DNA from: Octopus bimaculoides
Taxonomy: Eukaryota
Reading direction: 5' to 3'
DNA: 33,320 bases
NCBI RefSeq assembly: GCF_001194135.2
Contig: NC_068989.1
Coordinates: forward strand, 37,430,326-37,463,645
The position numbers and the translations under genes are program-made. Below, piece after piece: positions 21,640-33,320 of this stretch (positions are counted from its first letter, which is position 1; every line of letters begins with the position of its first letter). The notes beneath the pieces are model-generated. The model ran no database searches. It saw only the letters and a program-made list of their open reading frames with translations, and was not told the origin of the DNA.

Positions 21640-24000
21640 GAGACTGGAGCCGCAGCTGAAGGTTTATTCATCAAGAGGTGCTCACTAACACAAAAGCACA
21701 GATACAGGCGACATTACTGTTGTGCAAGAGAAAGGAAATCAACAAAATGTCAATGAAGAATGGAATGTTATTTAAGATGTGAATCAAAGAAGCGAGGATA
21801 TGGGAGTATTTTAAGTCAGTGAATAACTGCTAGCAGGTATTATATGTCAGGAATGGACAATATCTATCTCACTTAGAAATTGGGAAAACTAAAATTACAA
21901 GATCCAGTTTATCAAAACCAGATGGATGACAATAACTCTTCAAAGAATCATGAGAATGTTACCATCGTAGAAACCATGAGACTAGAACGCTCGGGTTTAA
22001 AATCAGGGTAAGAAAGAGCGTACAAGAGGAATGAGAATTTGATGCTGATCGCCTTGATGACTATCAACTAATGATGTTTGAAAAAGTGAGGCAGAAATTG
22101 AAGGAAGCCATAGAATCACTTAATTTCTGGTCAGTGAGTATAAAAAACATAAAAAAGTGAACAGTGTAGCTGATAAAAGTTAACCGTAAAAACACTGAAG
22201 ATAGCAACATGTTGTTATTACCGGATTTCAATGCAGTTTCAGAATTGTTGGGGGCACATAAGGACAAAAGAAGGACTAGCAGGTATAATTGTGGTAAAGG
22301 TGGATTCTGATGATGGTTAGTGGTGGGAACGGAATATATAAGTAAGTTGGACCAATGGAAGCGCATTGAGGTAGAAGAGAAAGGTAGATTAAGGGGAAAA
22401 TGGAATTGGGACAATTATTGAAGCAAAGATTAAAGGTAAACAAAAAGATGTCGAATCAGGAAATACAAACAAAGAAAACAAAAACAAAAGCAACCAAAAT
22501 AAGCAAGATTACCTGCGCAATGAAACCAGAAATGTTCATTTAATATTCATGAAGGAAATTACTGAAACAATCATATAAGACCAAATGCTGAAGAAAGCAA
22601 ATTATTTGGGATAGCAATCTGGTGGGAGAAATGCCAAGCAATAATCCAGGACATTGGACAAAGCAAGTGGAAAATTAGTGAATATGTTTAGCCACAGAAA
22701 GATGTTACTATCACAGAAGCAAGTATTCAAAAGCAATTATAAAATTAGGAAGGTGAGAAGCACCAAGACCACAACGGGTCCATCGTTACTGACTGAAAAT
22801 GTCTACAAGTCTCCACGGAACCATAGTGATACAACTACAAGGTGAAAGAAATGCCTCTATGAATATCAAAAAGAACCTAATATTGAAAGTGAAACTTAAC
22901 GCTACTTCAATTTACCAAATAATTACGTGTCCACCAATTATGTGAACACTCCTAACACGGATGATTGCAAAACAAATATACTAACACCTATATGAAAAAC
23001 GCCTGATGTCTGAAAGAACAGTAAAGGCACGATAAAAGAGCAACAGAACGTTAAAAAGAACCTAATTAATGGTAGAGAAGTTGGTGTTTATGAATTTCAT
23101 AATGAGTCTGTCAAATGTATGCATCATGTGAATCAGTTATAGAAGAGTGTATGAATCAAGCAGGGCCTATGCCTGTTCAAGTTGTCAAAAAACTTTCAGT
23201 GCCTATTACTAAATACAATGCATCATTGGAGAACAGAGTTAGTATCTGAATGTGAAAGATTACCAGTCAGAAAAGGAATCTTTCAGGTGGGGCGGTTCCT
23301 CTCCTATGTTAGAAAGCAAGAAGCACCATTCGGTGTTTAAGCGACTGTTGAAATGATTTTGGCAGCACCTACTGAAACAAGCTCTAAATGTAAACTGGAT
23401 CAAGATCATAGATCAGCAGGAGTGATCCCTCAAATGTAGAACATTCGATGATTCAGATTAGACTATAGCTTACATTGTATCACAGTGTTCACAGTTATCT
23501 CGTTTATACAGAAGGTCACTGAAATAAGCCACAGGAATGTGTAAAGGAAATTGGGTTTTATTCGCATAGAAAAATCTCTGAACATTCTGTAGGAATAGGA
23601 ATGCAAGTCTTCGAGAATTTTCTTGTTAATTCTTTTATATTTTGCGATAAAGGTGAATTCATTATTTGCACTAGCTGCATCAATTAACCTTTATCTTTAT
23701 GGAACTTATGGCACTTCCACACAGAGTGAAAAAAATAAGTAGTACACAAAAAAACCGGATATTGAAAATGGTTGATAAGAAGAAACCATGTATTTTAAAC
23801 ATCATGACATTCTCAATTGATACCAGAGCAAAAAAAAAAAAAGTAAAAACGAAAAAGTACAATATTATGTCGACTTAAAGTAAGACATTCTCAAATGTTG
23901 GATTGTCAAGATTATGATGTTACCAAAATACCAGAGGACTTAGGAACAGTGATAAAAAACAGCAAACCTTCAGCACGTAGACTTCAAGCTAGTACACTGA
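21640..24000 (+). mobile_element. Old, heavily decayed R4/Dong-clade copy F spanning N-terminus to endonuclease with internal deletions
   Basis: Clade motifs appear in order across frames: RWM...IM-ECYHR; PNAEESKLF...IW; KAPRPQRVHRY*LKMSTSLH; ITCPPIM*TLLTRMIA; MHHWRTEL...RKGIFQ; EMILAA...KCRTFDDSD*TIAYIVSQCSQL; KKPDI-MVDKKK. Ends are approximate. Confidence 0.7.
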
Positions 24001-24553
24001 ACATTGGTTCAAAATTTTACCCACGTGTGGAATACAATGGTTCTATTAAAACTTGAACTTACGCCCACAGACGGAACAACTAAATACCTCATTCACACAG
24101 CCACCCATTACACCTCTAATTTCCCATATTAGAAATTGGGTAATTATAATTTATATTCAAAAGATGGGTCTTACATATTATATTTCCACATTTTGACACT
24201 TACTATCTTGTATTCAAAGCTTTCTTACATTTGTATATTCGAAGCATGAAATATTACTATATTCAAAACTTCCCATTTACAAATTTATATCCAAATATTA
24301 CCATTTGGTATTCAAGAAATTTTTAATATTATGTTACAACGTAATTTTTTTTATCAAATGATTTATTTTAAAAATTTTATATATTTATCTTATGTATGTT
24401 GCCACTTATGTATTCACTTTCAATTTTCTTAATTCTTTCTTTTCAGTAGTTTCCTATGTTTTTTTCTTTTTTAAATAAATTTTTCAGTCATTTCTTTGGT
24501 TTTTTTTTGTAATAAAAACGTAAATTATTTGCACTTGCTGCTTTAAGAACCTT

Positions 24554-24606
24554 TATCTATCTATCTATCTATCTATCGATCGATCGATCTGTCTGTCTGT
24601 CTGTCT
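24554..24606. repeat. (TATC)n(GATC)n(TGTC)n compound tetranucleotide microsatellite
   Basis: Direct reading. Confidence 0.9.
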
Positions 24607-24663
24607 AATATCTTTCTCGCTATACAAATATGTGTGTATGTTTGTGTGTGTATGTACGTGTGC

Positions 24664-24722
24664 GTGTGTATCTGTGTGGTAAGAAGTTTGCTTCCCAAAC
24701 AAATGGTTCCAGGATCAGTCTA
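24664..24722 (+). mobile_element. 5' head fragment of the CORE-like SINE
   Basis: ctgtgtggtaagaagtttgcttcccaaacaaatggttccaggatcagtc aligns with the heads at 10780 and 14885. Confidence 0.6.
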
Positions 24723-24749
24723 GTGTATGTATGTATATATATATAAGTA

Positions 24750-26105
24750 CTGGTGTCGATTCGTTCAGAAGTTTGTACAACGAACAGAAAATTCATCAAG
24801 GTGAGAATCGAAACCACTAGTGTCAAAATGCAATTAGACACGGGTAGTGATATCACTATTATAACTGAAGAAACATGGCGACAAATCGGTAAGCCGAAAT
24901 TATTTAAATCAAATAAAGTAGCATATAGTGTTACAGGAAAGAAATAATATTTCATCGGCGAATGAATTTGCAATGTAACTTTTCGAGGTGAAACGAAAAG
25001 GGCAACCATTTATGTGTTGAAAATATCACTAAACCTATTTGGCACAGAATGCATGGAGTTATTTAAAATGTGGGATACCCGCATTTGTGTTCTCTGTGAA
25101 AATGTAGTCGGCACGGTGAAAAGTTCGAATAAAGTCAAACAACTGAGACAAAAAATTTTTAAATGTTTCCAAATGTTTTTTTGGAAATATTAGTCTGTTG
25201 CTCTAAAACAAAAGTGAGGATCGAAGTAAAAGAAAAAGCAACACCTGTTTCTAGGCCCAAACGGAGTGCACCGTTTGTGGCGTTGGACCAGGTCAATAAA
25301 GAGCTAGAAAGTCTAGCTATAATTGGAAAAGTCGACTAGGCAGCTCCGACGGCTTATATAAAGAAAAAAAAACTAAGCGTGTGTGCGGACTTTTCACCTC
25401 GATTAAATGACTGTTTAGTCGAACACAATTATACATTACTAAGCCCAAAAGAAGTGTTCTCAAAACTAAATGCAGGAAAAATTTTCTCGAAATTATCCTC
25501 TCGGAGGCCTATCTACAGATACAAGTAGAGGAAGATTGCGCACAACTTTTAACAATCAACACACACCATGGATTGTATAAATCCATGCGGCTTACTTTTG
25601 GAGTAAAAGTGGCACCTGCTATCTTCCACCAGCTGATGGACGCAGTGTTAAACGATTGCGACTTCTCTATCCCTTGTCTCGATGATATTTTGATAAAGAG
25701 CAAGTCAGTGGAGCAACACTTCGAACATATTAAAAAGAAGTACTCGGAAAAATAAATGAATACGATTTTAGACTAACAGTGTAAAAGTGTGAATTCTTGA
25801 TGAAACAAATCCAATATTTATGTCAAGTAATTGACGAAAGGAGACGAAGGCCGGCCCCATAAAGGGCGACGGCAATACGGAATATTCCTCCCCCAACGTC
25901 GAATTGTTACAAGCACTTTTAGGCTTGGTAAACTGCTAACAAGTATATATCCCGAACATACACAACACAATGGCCCCACTAAACGAGCTGTTAAAAAAGG
26001 ATGCAAAGTGGTTTTGGTCAGAGAAATGTCTGAAGGCATTTGAGGAGCTAAAAAGCATGTTAAATTCAGACTTGTCACTTACACACTTCGATCCGAAGTT
26101 GGAAA
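24750..26105 (+). mobile_element. Ty3/Gypsy LTR-retrotransposon pol remnant (aspartic protease, RT, start of RNase H connection), pseudogenised
   Basis: Protease KMQLDTGSDITII; RT motifs PVSRPKRSAPFVALDQVNKELE, VCADFS, SEAYLQI, THHGLYKSMRLTFGVKVAPAIFHQLMD, CLDDILI, KCEFLMKQIQYL, APLNELLKK and LTHFDPKL. Many stops and frameshifts; no LTR identified. Confidence 0.92.
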
Positions 26106-26273
26106 AAATAACACGGAGTTCCTACAAATAGACGCCAAAATAAAAAAAATATTAAGTTGGGAAAATAACGCAAAAAAGGGAGGAGGGTTGAATAAAGTAA
26201 AATAAAATTACTTGCTTAACAAAGAAAGAAAAAACCGAAATGGGAGATGTAGGGAAAATGGTACCCCCTTCCC

Positions 26274-26337
26274 ACGTGACAAAGTGATATGAGAGGCCAG
26301 TATAAAGTCAGACAATCAGTCGTTGTAGCAGGTCAGT
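26274..26337 (+). promoter_or_regulatory. Putative Pol II core promoter upstream of the ORF1 (E-box, TATA, Inr-like)
   Basis: CACGTG at 26274-26279, TATAAA at 26301-26306, and TCAGT at 26316 and 26333. Motif evidence only; spacing is not ideal. Confidence 0.3.
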
Positions 26338-26503
26338 AGTAGTAGAGTCCTGGTGAATTCCTTGTCTGGTTAACATCTTGAATTTCTGTGAGTTAAATTT
26401 TGTTACTGTGTTTAACTGTTTTGTGTCTAACGATACCATGTTTTGTTGCCTAAGGCGGCTTTGTTGATGCTTCCCCCCCTTGTTTGAAGGGGGAAGTGCG
26501 GTA

Positions 26504-27304
26504 ATGGAGATGATAACGGAAAAGATTAGCTCCTCAGACTTGTCGTCTGAGGAGGAGCTGGTTAAAAGTCTGAAGAGAATAGACAAAGCAATAGAGGTGA
26601 AGGATTTTGCAGAGGCGGTGAAAGAGAAAACCGAAGACGTGTGCCTGGAGGAGTTGAGTAGATTCAAAGAAATGCTTAAAAGAGAAGGGAACGACGTAAA
26701 GATGTCCCCTCCAAGTGAAACAACGGATGAAGTGAAAAGAAGTAAAATACTACATGGAACTTACAGTTTGAAATTACAACGTATAGAGGTGGCAACTAAA
26801 TCACAGGTGGAAAGGGATCTCAGGCCAATATGGAAAGAGGTAAAATACCTCACCAGAGGAAGGAAATATGTAACGGTGAGGGTGCGGTTTGCATCAGAGG
26901 CTTTGGCTAGGCAGCATGCCGTGACTCTCCTCAAAACGGACGACGTGGTCCTTCTGCCCATATATCTGGGAAGACGTGCTTCTCGGGCAAGGGTAGAAGA
27001 GATCCCTCCTGGGGTGGATGTTACCTGGTTGGTAGCTGGCATCCTCTTGAAAATGGAGGACAAGATTATAGTCCTCTAGGCCAAAAGAGTGCCCCCAAGA
27101 AATTGGCATGGACAGTGCCTGGAAATGATTACCCAGGCCGCCCCGGAAGAATTGGAGAAGATGGTGGAAACCATCTCAGTCGGAGAGGATGGAAAGCTGA
27201 GATTCATGGTGGAGGACAGGACACCCCAATGCTTTAAATGGGACGGAAAAAGCCACATAAAGGCAGAATGCCCTCCACCTAGCGCAAGGGCACCAAATAA
27301 ATGA
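26504..27304 (+). pseudogene. L1/Tx1-like non-LTR retrotransposon ORF1 (RRM-like region plus gag-type zinc knuckle) with one in-frame stop
   Basis: ORFs 26480-27079 and 27089-27304 are in the same frame, separated by a single TAG at 27077-27079. RRM-like VTVRVRFASEALARQH and RASRARVEEIPPGVDVTWL, and a C-terminal VEDRTPQCFKWDGKSHIKAECP (CX2CX4HX4C with the second Cys changed to Trp). No ORF2 follows. Confidence 0.7.
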
Positions 27305-27332
27305 GGAAACTGCACCTCCACCTCCTGCATCG

Positions 27333-27441
<109 letters not shown>

Positions 27442-28699
27442 AGCCAGAGAAGGGTGGGAGAAAGCAAGAGAATCATTGCTTCTAGAGAATCGTTGTTGTA
27501 TAGAGAAAAGGAATGGGATAAATGGTTAATGCGCGCCGAGATCGTTGCATGCACCAAGAGTAACAAGAGCTGAAGAGAAGTGTGCGTCGAACGTGCGTGA
27601 GTGGAGTCAACTAACTCCGAAAAACAGAGGTCATTATAACCAAAACACATTGGTTTTTCTTTTCTTCAGGTGGCAGATGTGATTTGAAGGAGATGATTTT
27701 GCTGCTGTTTAAAAGAAGGATTAGATTGAATTAAGATATGTTATTGTCTTGAATGCTGTAGAAACCAATCTGAAAGAACAAGTTATAACGCTACGGAATT
27801 GATAACAACAATAAAATGTTTTCACCCACACACTCGCACGTACACATACTTATACACATAAATATGGTATTACATTTGTGGATTAGCTACATGTATACAT
27901 ATGGATTTTTGAAAAGTATTTTTCAATTTGAATAGTGAAGCATAAACTGTTAAAAAATTCAGAGAAATATACAGAAAGATATGACAAATACGTTTCTGTT
28001 ATCTACGTAATACAAATGTTTTCTCATCATTCTCTATATAATATGTGTACTATTTTGCTTGTAGCACGCGCGCGCACACACACACAAACACACACACACA
28101 TAAACACACACACACACACAAACACAAACACATACGCTTGCGCGCACACACTCACAGATATTACTTTACTTACAATATATATACATGTATAGGTGCGTAT
28201 ATGCACACTCACACAAATATATATACGAATACACTTAAACACATGTAAATGCTTAAGCAAGCATATATTCACTTCCATAATCTCTATTGCCACCTTAAAG
28301 ATTGTCTCTTTCTCTTTTTTTTTCTTCGTTGAGGAATAGAATATTATATTTCTTGCTTTTTTCTTAAATTCTTCGAAATATTACTGGCAGAGCCAGTCAG
28401 AAATTGTTGTTCTTACATAAAGGAAATAGTGTTTATTTTCTAAAATATATATGAAATGTATCTTCACCGTCTTTTTGCTCATTCTGTTGGTTAAATATTA
28501 TTTCAGTCTGCTGCTGCTTCTACGTAGTCACTTCTGTATTTATGAAGTTTACCCGGCAAACATCCTCTCCCCCTTCCTTTCCCTCTCACTAAACCTATAT
28601 CCTCTTCAATAAATCTTCCACTCACTCTGTATCTCAGTACTGAAGTCGGTCTGCAGTCTCTAGAGCGTGTAATCTATATTTCTCCCACCTCTCGGTATG

Positions 28700-29275
28700 C
28701 TCTGTAGTGAAGAAAGCACAGAAAGTGAGATGAACAGTAGAACTGGGAAGACAAGGGTCGTGTTTTAGCGTTTGCACCAAATCTGAGCATCAACAAACAT
28801 TAATACTGACATGAATTCCAACTATATACCTCAATAATTCTATCAATGGTTCTGTATTGTAGTGAAACAGAAAATGTTGGTGAAGGTAGCCAAGAACCTG
28901 GATATATTCCAAAAATAATGTCTGTTGGCGAGATAGAATTACAAGCGAAAAAATCTATCTGTGAAGTAAATTCTAGCCTCTGTAATACACCATCGTGCTG
29001 TATTACTTTAACCAGGCATGGAAGATATTGTACCTACAACTCACTCAGCGTACAAAGACTGCAATGACATAGAAACTTGAAGAAGGAAAATAGAAGAAAA
29101 TGGACTGATCCAAGTTCATCCTGGTATTGCACTTACCAGGAGGACCTTAAATGCATGGGGGACAATTGGCCAAATGGATGAAAGCAGAAGGAGCTGTTGC
29201 AGTTCAATCGCGCAAGAAGTAGCTTGCTGCCCTCTATGTCACACCCCAGGTAAACACGAGAGAGAGTCTAAATGT
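28700..29275 (+). mobile_element. Decayed RTE-clade LINE 3' fragment
   Basis: FQLYTSIILSMVLYCSET (cf. KLRIF.S.V.SVLLYGSETW) and the C-terminal RRKWTDPSSSWYCTYQEDLKCMG-NW...AVAV...LAALYVT, ending in a short gagaga/taa-type tail. Confidence 0.65.
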
Positions 29276-29572
29276 AAGCGTTTTTTGATTGTTTTCTTTT
29301 TCAAGATGGGATTCCTACTTTGAAAATTATATAATGGAAAAATACAACACTCTCTGTTACTACAGATTCTTCTGTAGAAAATACAGTTAGTGATATTCTA
29401 CAAACTGAATAAAAAAGAAACATTTTGGTAATTGGCAAAGACTTACACATCAATCTTGGAGAGTTATTGTGTTGTTTCTTTTCTTTGTTTCTTCTACCTC
29501 TGCAATAAGAACTTCTATTTTCTCAACAATTGTGCTCAGTTCGATATCTATGTTGCCTTCGTTTTCGATCCG

Positions 29573-29575
<3 letters not shown>

Positions 29576-29631
<56 letters not shown>

Positions 29632-29642
29632 ACTCTCTCTCT
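29576..29642. repeat. (CT)n microsatellite
   Basis: Direct reading. Confidence 0.95.
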
Positions 29643-29679
29643 ACAACACTCACTCTAGCAATTTCTGATTTTCTGGCTG

Positions 29680-29800
29680 CTAAGTCACTGACTACCTTCC
29701 AAGAACTGCAACTCCTTGGAACTCATTCACTAACCATTAGAAATTCAGGATGACCTTCCACCACGCTGACTTCACCAATCTGAAAGGTGCTTCAAATATC
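29680..29800 (+). mobile_element. Possible CR1/L2-group LINE C-terminal scrap
   Basis: DYLPRTATPWNSF resembles the SFFPRT..LWNSLP terminal motif. Very short. Confidence 0.3.
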
Positions 29801-30161
29801 ATGGATTTTGTTCTTCTTTATTTCAATAAATAAGTAAAGCAAGATGTATTTCTGAGGGGTAATCCTACGATAGACTAGTATCCCGCCCAGGACTAGAACA
29901 GTCTTGCACTGGGATAGTCTTGAAACCTGCCCTTGAAACTTCAGTCCCATGAGCCCTGTAGTCTCTACGTAGATTATTATCGATTATTTTACACCAGAAC
30001 ATCATTAGATTCGCTTGCTACTAAAGTGTGAAGTGGCCAATTAAACAATTTTTATACATCAGACATCCTCGTGTCTGAAAGGGTTTGGTTCCTTTTTCAG
30101 AGGCTACACAGGCTTAACTATTTAATTTGAAGTATTTAATCATTTCTTCTATTTTTATTAC

Positions 30162-30422
30162 AAAGAATAAAAAGTTTTGAATGGTACAACAATGCACTAT
30201 AATACAAAATATGGACTATATACCTGTTGTAATTTAGTTATCTATAGTCCGATGATATTTCAGAATACAATTCCTTCTTCAGCTATTCTTAGATGGAATC
30301 TTTACTATAAACTGTTTTCCAACGGCTTTTCTTTTTTTCGGAAGCGTCTCAGTAGTGGTCTCACGAAGCTCCTTCCGGAGTTCCTGATGAGGGGTGCGTG
30401 AGGTCGGCTATGTTTCAATCTC
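30162..30422 (-). repeat. Inverted pseudo-LTR copy of 31596-31856
   Basis: Base-by-base comparison by hand: 261 bp, 6 substitutions, no indels (~97.7% identity). Confidence 0.95.
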
Positions 30423-31595
30423 TTTTTTTTTTCCATGGGATCCAGTCTCTCGGGCCTACTAGCCATCACTAATATGAACCATCTGGAACGTCGAGCACTC
30501 AACATCTGCCACTCATGCGCCTTCTTCCCCAGGTACGTAGATGACATCCTCATACTCACAACCTCCCGTGAAGAGGCTGAGAGGATATTCACGACGTTCA
30601 ATAACATGGACATGAACATAAAGTTCACATAGAACATCCCGAAATCACTGGATTACTATCATTACTTAACTTCAAACTGAGTATAACGGAACAAGGGGAG
30701 ATCCACACCAAGTTCTACAGGAAAGCAGCCAGTAGAGATATGTTTGTCCAATACAATTCAGCACTTCCACTCGGTGCCAAAATAGGATACACCAGAAATG
30801 AAGTTGCACGCATCCAAGGCAAGTGCAGCAGAACGGAGGACAAGGTGACTCACACTACACGCTTCCAGATATATTGAAAACCAACGGGTATCCTAGATCC
30901 ATTGTTAATCGGCTTAAGTACCCAAGACGACCAACACGCCGAACATATAGAAAACCCAGCAACACATGCTTCCTTAAAATACTCCTATTTTAGCGAGAGG
31001 ATAACTACAGCCATCCGAAGAACCATAAGAAGAGAAGGGCTAGACATACAACTAGCCCACTCCGACCCCTCTCTGAGAGGACCCCTCGCAAAGAAACGAA
31101 TAAGGGACAACAATCAATGCACATTAACAAATTATCCCATCCGTGACACAGATTTATGCCAAAGGGTAAATGTTGTGTATAAAATACACTGTAACAAATG
31201 CAACAAGTTCTATGTGGGTAGCACAACAAGACCGTTACACGTCCGCATCAAAGAACATCTGAACACGAGAGCCTCCTCATTCAGAAAACATCGAGACAGA
31301 TGCCGGAACACTGATAAAAGCATAACAGTCACAATTGAGGCCAATGAAAGAAATTTGGGTAATTTAAGAATTCAGGAAGCTTTACTCATACACAGACTAG
31401 GACCCCAAATTAACAACAGGCTGGAGGTTGGTAATCAATATATTATTTAGCTACATCTGGATGTGTGGAGGTTCATTCTTAATAACATGCTCATGTATTG
31501 TTTATAACAAAAAAAAAAAGGAAAAAAAGCGGGGAGAGAAGCTGCACGTATAACACATAACTTAGAAGCAGCGCTACAGATGTACCAACCCACAC

Positions 31596-31856
31596 GAGAT
31601 TGAAACATAGCCGACCTCACGCACCCCTCATCAGGAACTCCGGAAGGAGCTTCATGAGACCACTACTGAGACGCTTCCGAAAAAAAGAAAAGCCGTTGGA
31701 AAACAGTTTATAGTAAAGATTCCATCTAAGAATAGCTGAAGAAGGAATTGTATTCCGAAATATCATCGGACTATAGATAACTAAATCACAACAGGTTTAT
31801 AGTCCATTTTTTGTATTATAGTGCATTGTTGTACCATTGAAAACTTTTTATTCTTT
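31596..31856 (+). repeat. 3' pseudo-LTR of the Penelope-like element
   Basis: Reverse complement of 30162-30422. Confidence 0.95.
31728..31775 (+). ncRNA. Candidate minimal hammerhead ribozyme in the pseudo-LTR (mirror copy on the minus strand at ~30243-30290)
   Basis: CUGAAGA-A-GGAAU(UGU)AUUCC-GAAA-U(AUC)A-UC: core boxes, a perfect 5-bp stem II and a 2-bp stem III are present. Canonical stem I pairing next to the cleavage triplet is not. Confidence 0.5.
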
Positions 31857-31955
31857 ACAAACAATATACAATGCTTCAAGCGAAATACAATACTCTCATA
31901 TTTTTATTACATTTGTTCATTAACAATGTTTTTTATTGATTTCCAAAGGAGAGAT

Positions 31956-32080
31956 GTCGACTTTGCTCTTCATCCTTTCGGTGGTCGATAAAATAAATAC
32001 CAGTTGATCACTGGGCTCGATGTTATCGACTAGCCCACTTTCCCCCAAATTGCTGACCACGTACCGAAATTTGAAACCAA
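31956..32080 (+). mobile_element. SINE central and 3' part (family of 17251-17452)
   Basis: gtcgactttgctcttcatcctttcggtggtcgataaaataaataccagttgatcactggg...aaattgctgacc...aaatttgaaacc. Confidence 0.85.
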
Positions 32081-32231
32081 CTTCTGAGTGCGAAATTTTA
32101 CTCCCAATATGTATGTGTGGCACTAAGAGACTGTACGTACTCGAGAACATAGTAATTAGTCCTTGTACACCGAGGTTTTCATATTCTAAGAACAACATAG
32201 AAGGAATGACTCTTGTCATTATGTGGTACAT

Positions 32232-32327
32232 ATATTATGACTATATAGCACTTACATGACTACGGTAGTACTTGCATGACCATATAGCACCATTATGACT
32301 ATATAAAACTTATGACTACATAGTCAG
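32232..32327. repeat. Degenerate ~19-20 bp minisatellite (consensus approx. atgactatatagcactt)
   Basis: About five units: tatgactatatagcactta / catgactacggtagtacttg / catgaccatatagcaccat / tatgactatataaaact / tatgactacatagtc. Confidence 0.7.
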
Positions 32328-32404
32328 TATGCCAATAGTAACTCATCGACAGCATTATCTAAATATTCCTTAGATATGCATTATACAAAGCTTTGAAGTT
32401 TTGC

Positions 32405-32406
32405 TC

Positions 32407-32463
<57 letters not shown>

Positions 32464-32802
32464 CATATATTACACACACATGTATATATTATGTGTTTAT
32501 CTATATATATGCGTATATGTATATGTATATCAATACAGTTTTATAGAGGAATAGAAAAGAATATTATAAGAAAGCTAAATAATTAACTAAATAAATAAAA
32601 TGATTTGTGATGTTTCTATTCAGTTTCCTCTCCGAACACCAATTAATTCACAATCAAGTATTCCATTAGCACAAATATTATTCAATTATTTTATCATATA
32701 CTTAATGTAATTTGCTTTAGATTGAGACATGAAGCACGTATTTATGGTGAATGTATATAGGTATATATGTATCTGTGTATTAAGTATGTGTATGTATGCA
32801 TA

Positions 32803-32840
<38 letters not shown>

Positions 32841-32887
32841 CGTATTTGTATATACATACATGCATCAATATATGTATATGAGTGTAT

Positions 32888-32940
<53 letters not shown>

Positions 32941-33320
32941 CATACATATACATATATATATGCATATATATTATATTATGTATATACGCATACAGACACA
33001 CACGCACACATATATTTATCAAAAAGTCGATGTGTGTGTTTCCCGCTTGGAGCGAAACAAATGTATATTTCTAGCAATCAGAAAACTGTGTGTGCGTGTG
33101 TGTGTGTGTGTGTGTGTGCATGTGTGTGTGCATGTATGTGTGTGTGTGTGTGTGTGCGTGTGTGTGTGTGTGCAAGTCTATATTCAGATAAATAGAGATG
33201 TGCAAATATATACTTTTATGTAAACATTTATACATAAATACACACATACGCATAAATGTACATATATATCACGCATATACCCGCATACACACATATTGAA
33301 ATTTACACACGTATATATAT
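32405..33320. repeat. Low-complexity TG/TA/CA microsatellite-rich region
   Basis: Direct reading. Confidence 0.85.

Larger units (their letters stand above)
30162..31856 (+). mobile_element. Penelope-like retroelement: 5'-truncated RT plus GIY-YIG body flanked by 261-bp inverted pseudo-LTRs
   Basis: RT motifs MGSSLSGLLA...FPRYVDDILIL...NIKFT, FYRKAAS and NGYP; endonuclease VVYKIHCNKCNKFYVGSTTRPLHVRIKEH...LRIQEALLIHRLGPQINNRLE (ORF 30902-31450). Stops and frameshifts lie between 30632 and 30900. Confidence 0.93.

Noticed and set aside
24140-24320. Loose recurrence of tattcaaa...catt units
   Set aside because: The period is irregular and it cannot be distinguished from AT-rich low complexity by eye.
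27570-27612. CTGAAGAG...GTCGAAC hammerhead-like string
   Set aside because: GAAA is incomplete (GAAC), stem II is only 2 bp and there is no stem I.
27650-27735. Strong polypyrimidine/CAG splice acceptor at 27669
   Set aside because: No nearby donor and no recognisable coding sequence; such motifs arise by chance in T-rich DNA.
29853-29900. ggggtaatcctacgatagactagtatcccgcccagg resembling a SINE internal domain
   Set aside because: Under 50 bp, recalled from memory only, and with no second copy in the window.
30384-30420. CTGATGA box in the antisense orientation of the pseudo-LTR
   Set aside because: No stem II and no downstream GAAA, so it is not a second hammerhead as it stands.

Overview
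This is AT-rich, microsatellite-dense eukaryotic DNA with three assembly gaps. It is most likely from a coleoid cephalopod (octopus-like), inferred from the tRNA-derived SINE families and the repeat landscape; no database check was possible. I find no intact host gene, RNA gene or CRISPR array, and almost all long ORFs in the track are artefacts of microsatellites or N-runs. The window is a graveyard of mobile elements. (1) A ~7 kb head-to-tail pile (5.8-12.95 kb) holds six divergent R4/Dong-clade non-LTR retrotransposon pieces, all on + and mostly joined through (TAA)n arrays, with a nested mariner and two SINEs. (2) A seventh, older Dong-like copy lies at 21.6-24.0 kb. (3) Two Penelope-like elements each have an inverted copy of their 3' part fused to the 5'-truncated body; the younger has 261-bp inverted repeats and a hammerhead-like core. 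(4) There is also a Ty3/Gypsy pol remnant, an L1/Tx1-like ORF1, an RTE 3' end and several SINEs. The most interesting signals are a covarying 6-bp/5-nt-loop hairpin just after the stop codon in four divergent Dong 3' UTRs, an internally deleted Dong derivative that keeps both ends, and the repeated inverted Penelope architecture.
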